DNA of 64,000 nt from Amoebidium appalachense. Its lineage: Eukaryota > Protista > Ichthyosporea. Both the position numbers and the translations under genes were made by a program. Under the pieces are notes generated by a model. That model did no database searches. It was given only the letters and a program-made list of their open reading frames with translations, and was not told where the DNA came from. Position 1 is the stretch's first letter. Each line of letters opens with the position of its first letter. This document shows, one piece after another, positions 58,775 to 64,000 of the stretch. The stretch covers positions 4,764,409-4,828,408 of the forward strand of contig CAVNZM010000012.1 of NCBI GenBank assembly GCA_963693365.1, read 5' to 3'.

Positions 58775-59963
58775 GTTTTGAGTTTTCTCCTTTTTTGTTG
58801 GGGGGTAGGGGCGGCGGACTAACACGCTTGGGGGGAAAAAAAACAGCTAGGGGCTAGGGGCTTACCTCGATCTTGTCGTTGAGGAAGCCAATTCTGAGGA
58901 TGTTCTCATGGTGCACACCCTTGGACATCTGGAGGTCACCTGTTTTGAGACATAGGGGTCAGTTATCCAATACCAAATACTACTGTAGGTAAGTTATCAA
59001 ATATGCTTTCGGCTATCCATAAGCTAATGTGATTTTAATCACAGTCATGTCGACGTCAGCTATGCAGTTATCCAAACGTTCACTCATTTATCTAAATGTT
59101 CATGCAGCTTATCCATATATTCATGATATCGCAAGAAATTTTTAAGCATTGAAGCCAGTTATCCAAATGCCTGAGTTGATTTTTCTTTTCTTTCTTTTTC
59201 TCACATTTTTTCCCGCGGGTGAATGGAGGGGGGAGGGGATGGGGGTGGATGGGTGGGGGGGGGGGGGGGGGGGGGGGGGGTTGACGAAATGTGTGTGCAA
59301 GGAGTAGGAATTTGGTAGGGGTAGGTGGGGTGGGAGAGAGAGAGAGTGGGTGGGTGGGGTATGATGGGGTTTGGTGGGGGAGGGAGGGGGAGGAGCGCAG
59401 AGCCTCAAGAGCATTAGTTAATTAAATTATAGAAAAGGGGAGCTAAGTACTTACCAAGGGAATCCCCCATGAGGATGACGTTGTGGCGTGCTCTGACGTC
59501 ATCGGCATACCTCGTGCCACTGATGGATGTCTCGCACTTGTTGAGCACGTGGATGTTCTTGCCCTTGAACCCCTTAATGCGCCCTGCATAACCAAAAAAG
59601 GAAACGTTTGAGCACACCTTAATCCGGAATTCAGGCACTTACGTGCATAACCTTAAACCCCGTCGAAATGCATGCCTAAAAAGGGAAGATATGGGGGCCC
59701 CGTAATCATGTCCGCTTCATGCTGCCTGCACACAAGACCACACACACATGTACAGAGCACAAGTACGAACACTCAGAGTGCAAGTATAGCACACACATGC
59801 ATACATAAGCACAAACACACACAGAAGTACATGCACTCAGAAGTACATGCACTCAGCAACGTAAACCCGTGTGAACATACACACAGTACACGATTTATAT
59901 ACACACAAACACATACACACAGCCACACCCCCAACCACCTACACACACAAACACACAACCCTC

Positions 59964-59997
<34 letters not shown>

Positions 59998-60675
59998 ACA
60001 CACACACACACCTGCATCGTCAAAGGTCATGAAGTTGGAGACCAGGTGGACGTTGTCGTAAACCATCAGCCCCTCCTGCCTCAGCACCTCCGCGAGAATG
60101 TCTGGTTGATGCCCATATATGGTAAGCAAATGCCCAAAATTAGCAATCCGAATACCATATTTAGCAATCCAATGCCCATATTTAGTGATCTAAACACCAT
60201 ATTTAGTAATCCAAATACCATATTTAGCAATCCAAATACCATATTTACCAATCTAATGTGTGTATTCATTGGTCCAATTCCCATAGTCAGATAACCCAAG
60301 TGCCCCTATTCGGCTACTCAATGATTACCAGTGCGCTAAGAAAAATGCCCACATGTGACATTCTAATGGCGCATGTGTGTGTGGGTGTGTGTGTGTGGGG
60401 GGGGGGGGGGGGGGGGGGGGAAGAGGGGAGGGGGGGAGGAAGGGGGGAAATATAGCAGGAAGGAGGGGAAGGGCGGGATGGGGGGGGGGGGGGGGGGGGG
60501 GGGGGGAGGTTCAAAAGCATACCACCGAGGCCGGCCGAGAAAACCAGCAGAGGAACATTTGCATCGCTCAAAGACTCAAACATGTCATGGATGCCCTCAC
60601 GCAGCCTGTGATTGCAGTTTGTAGGTTGGAGTCTGGTACTTATTACGCTCTAGGATGGGAGGGTGGGGCTCCGCC

Positions 60676-60714
<39 letters not shown>

Positions 60715-60945
60715 GGGAGGGGAGGGGGAGGGGGGTGACGGAGTGGATGGGCCGAAAGAGAAAAGGCATAAGTGGGAAGACACACATTCAGTTCAAACAA
60801 CTGGTCATTCTGTTTTTTCCATCTGATGCAATTCCATGAAGTTCGCTCTGAAACTGCTTGGTGTTCGGCGGCATCTCATCATCCCACCGTAAAACGGGGG
60901 GACTCCCAGTTGCCGTACCGTGCATGCTTGGAAATTACGTTATCC

Positions 60946-60976
<31 letters not shown>

Positions 60977-61623
60977 AGGTGTTCTATCTAGATGTGTGTG
61001 TGTGTGTGTGGGGGGGGGGGGTTCTTATTTCAACGCAAAGGCCCAAGGAGTGGTGAAAGGGTGGGGAAGGGGGGGGGGGGGGGGGGGGGGCTTACGCAAT
61101 GCCTGACTTTGCAACCATGCTGGGAATGTCGTTCTTGTTGATGCCAGATGCAATAAGTGCACTGTGTGCCTGGTCCCACCTGATTGGTCGTTGGGTGTCA
61201 ATAAATTTTATTGTCATGAATTATAAATGGTCATTTCGTTTTTAAAAATATATATGATTCCTTGACGTTAGCGCAGGTCATTGTGTGGTGCTAAGAAGTC
61301 TTAATTGGTAGTAAGCTGGGCCTGTCATGGCCATATTAATGCTAAGTGGTTCTAAGATCTTCGCTATTCACCTTAAATAGGTGCTAGCTGCTGCCAACGA
61401 ATTTATTTTCATTGACCCTTCAATTCCAAATTGCGGTCCTGATTACGGTGTAGATGTTGCCTAATATAGTCAGCCTGGGACCAATGACATGCCTCCATTA
61501 AATTTGAATTTTATGGTCACTGCTTCAGCTTCCTACTTTTCAAGAGTTCCAGATGTATGCAAGTGCCACACAAATTTGTGCTGGGAATTTTTTAGGGTGA
61601 TGCACGTGCGTGTGTGTGCGTGC

Positions 61624-61654
<31 letters not shown>

Positions 61655-61903
61655 TGTGTGTGTGTGTACTGCCGTGTGTGTTAAGCGTGTGTGTACGTGT
61701 ATGAACATGTGTTTCGGAAAGGGATTGAGGGGGGATGGGGGGGGGAGGGGGGAATGTGAGGGGAACAAAACTCACCACTCATCCATCATTCTGTATTTTG
61801 TTGCATAGTCCAAGGTGGGGTCGATCTCCATCGGATAATATTTGCGCTTGAGTGCAGTCACACATGTGTGGTAATCTGTGCATTCGTGTGTGTAAGTTTG
61901 TGT

Positions 61904-61948
<45 letters not shown>

Positions 61949-62197
61949 TGGGGGGGGATGGAGGGGGGGGGGAGGAGGGGAGGGAATTTGGGGGGGGGGG
62001 GGGGGGAGGGGGGGAGGGGAGGGAGGAAGCGGGTTGACAGACTGGAGGAAAAACCACAATAAAAAAAAATGAAAAACGGAGAGGACAAACCAAAAACAAA
62101 AGAAGGTGATGTTAGGGGATGGATGGGCGAGTGGGGAGCCGGGGAGTGAGGGGGGGGGGGGGGGGGGGGGAGGGTTCCGGAGGCAAAGAATAGTTTC

Positions 62198-62248
<51 letters not shown>

Positions 62249-63042
62249 AAAATTTCAACCTCGTTTGAGATGATAGGTCAAAGAGACTACTCGATCATGG
62301 TTAAAGAGGCTTGCCGTACCTTCGCCCAAGACGCCCGATGACTCGACAACACCGTGGCTGGTGAGACCCTCCTTGCCGTTAACCTGACAGACAGCCTATC
62401 ATATTTAGCAGACCACCCACATTTGGAAATAATGATTGACGATCTAACAAGGAAAAGCAGACGACCGGTGTGTGGTGGCTTCTTCCGAAGTGTCCACTCC
62501 CCTCCCCCCCTCCCAACTAACCAAACAAACAAACAAACCGAAAAAAACAGTTTGTTTTTTTTGAATTGGCCACATCCCGTATCCCCATGTATTCATCCTT
62601 TTTTCCCTTGCTCCTTGAAAAGGCTTTAGAAGCACACACACGCCATCATTGTGTCAATGCATGCTAAGCACAAGCAGGAAGTGAGAGGGCAAAAAGGTAT
62701 GTAGAAGGGGGTAAAAGGAGGGCTTGCAGGTTGCGACTGGCCGCCCGGGGGGGGGGGGGGGGGGGGGGGGGGGAAGGGAAGAGAGTTGGGGTGGGGCGGG
62801 GGTAGCTGCTGGCACGGAGAACCTTTCACATAAACAAACCTACATACCATGTGCATGGTGAGTGTCCGGTCAAAATCGGTAATAACCTGCAGGTTAGCGG
62901 CGCCTCCCGCCTTAATCATCCGCAATTTCTCATACACCGCGGAAGGGCTGCGGGCGATAATCCCACCGTTTGCATTGGTAATGGCGGTGTTGTTAAGGGG
63001 GATGGGCGCCGCTTCGGCAACGGCGTTGAGAAGAGTTGTCAT
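58266..63042 (-). CDS. NT5C3: Cytosolic pyrimidine 5'-nucleotidase III (HAD family), nine coding exons
   Basis: Exons encode LQVITDFDRTLT, TSHGVVE, KYYPMEIDP...EWW, LREG...VFSAGLGD, VSNFM, IHVLNK, NVILMGDSLGD, IGFLND and FDIVILND with GT-AG boundaries. A further upstream exon is possible. Confidence 0.92.
60140..60252. repeat. 21-bp intronic minisatellite, about 5 copies
   Basis: ttagcaatccaaataccatat-like units in tandem. Confidence 0.85.
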
Positions 63043-63272
63043 GTGACCTGCGCACAGTGAGGCGAGAGACACGGCAAAGAGCGTGCTGTTACGTGTACGT
63101 GTGTGTGTGTGTGCACGCGCGCGTGCGCCGGCGAGGGTGTACGTGTAGGTGAGTGTGTATGTGTGTGTAGATGTTTGTGTTGTGTGTGTTGGACCCACAG
63201 GGGACGGATGTTTTGAAACTTGATTAGCTGCTGTTGCCGCAAAAGTTCAACATACTGAATATCGTCAAACAG

Positions 63273-63312
<40 letters not shown>

Positions 63313-64000
63313 CACACACACACACACAACCCAAAAAAGAGAAGATATCAAATTCTTCCCCGTTCCCTCCCAGTGCTTAAAAGCAGCTGCATGCTCACTT
63401 CTCTGAACTTGCCTATCATTTCATCGGCTCATGTGCAAAAAACAGCTACGAAAACAGCGACGTTGCATTGAGCAACAACTCCTATTGTCAAAAGTCCATT
63501 TTTAGCAGTGATGCTTACAGGCGGAGAAGCAATGAGCACCTTGAGATGGAAGACAAGGCGAGGTCGACCTGGGCAGCCATTTTTGCTGTTGGTTTCTGTA
63601 AATCTCGTGTTTTCCCACTTGCAGACAATGCAATGGCGATTGTGTTCAGGAATCTGTGGAGGAGAATTAGTGGTCAGAATGCATCCCTCCTCAAGAGCAT
63701 CATCATCTGAACGGGCGAGGCATGCAAAAGACGAAGCAACAGTACTTGTTTAGAAAGATTATCGGAAAGTGGGAAAGCAGAGCTTCTTCTGGTTTTTGAA
63801 GCTGCACTACACTTCCAGAAAAACCATGAAACCAACGCTGGCCATCATCCTCGGTCTGACATCACCCAGCATGAAACGGGCATGCATGCCGGTCAGAGAG
63901 CACATCATCCTCTCCGAAAGACGAAAGACTCACCTGTTGAGAAATGTTTACCGTATTTCTTCTCCAACCTCCTCTTATATGTAGAAGTTGTTCGTGTTCG

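Noticed and set aside
63468-64000. Short plus-strand ORFs at the window end
   Set aside because: Stops in all frames and no recognisable motif; cannot be called without downstream sequence.

Overview
Eukaryotic genomic DNA in two parts. (1) Positions ~1-34.7 kb are an integrated Polinton/Maverick-like (double jelly-roll capsid) DNA virus whose left end appears to lie outside the window. It encodes a protein-primed PolB, a retroviral-type (rve) integrase, an A32/FtsK-type packaging ATPase, major and minor capsid proteins, three proteins sharing a fibre-like N-terminal module, a phage-type Dam (N6-adenine) methyltransferase, a VLTF3-like late transcription factor, a candidate ssDNA-binding protein and a 7-TM protein. 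No adenain-type maturation protease is visible. The provirus carries nested insertions: a Ty1/copia element in pPolB, a TRIM inside that copia's LTR, and a solo LTR of the same TRIM family in the methyltransferase. Several viral genes have single-base frameshifts, mostly in homopolymers. Viral genes show two upstream motif classes: CCAAT-box clusters before pPolB and ORF 1822-2922, and AAAAT-N11-16-GTAA(A)C before structural genes. (2) Positions ~34.7-64 kb are host DNA: a non-autonomous LTR element, an intronless class C GPCR-like gene with a pseudogenised tandem paralog, a 5-exon PDCD5 gene and a 9-exon NT5C3-like gene, with microsatellite- and poly-G/C-rich introns. All protein assignments come from motif recognition by eye; no database search was run.
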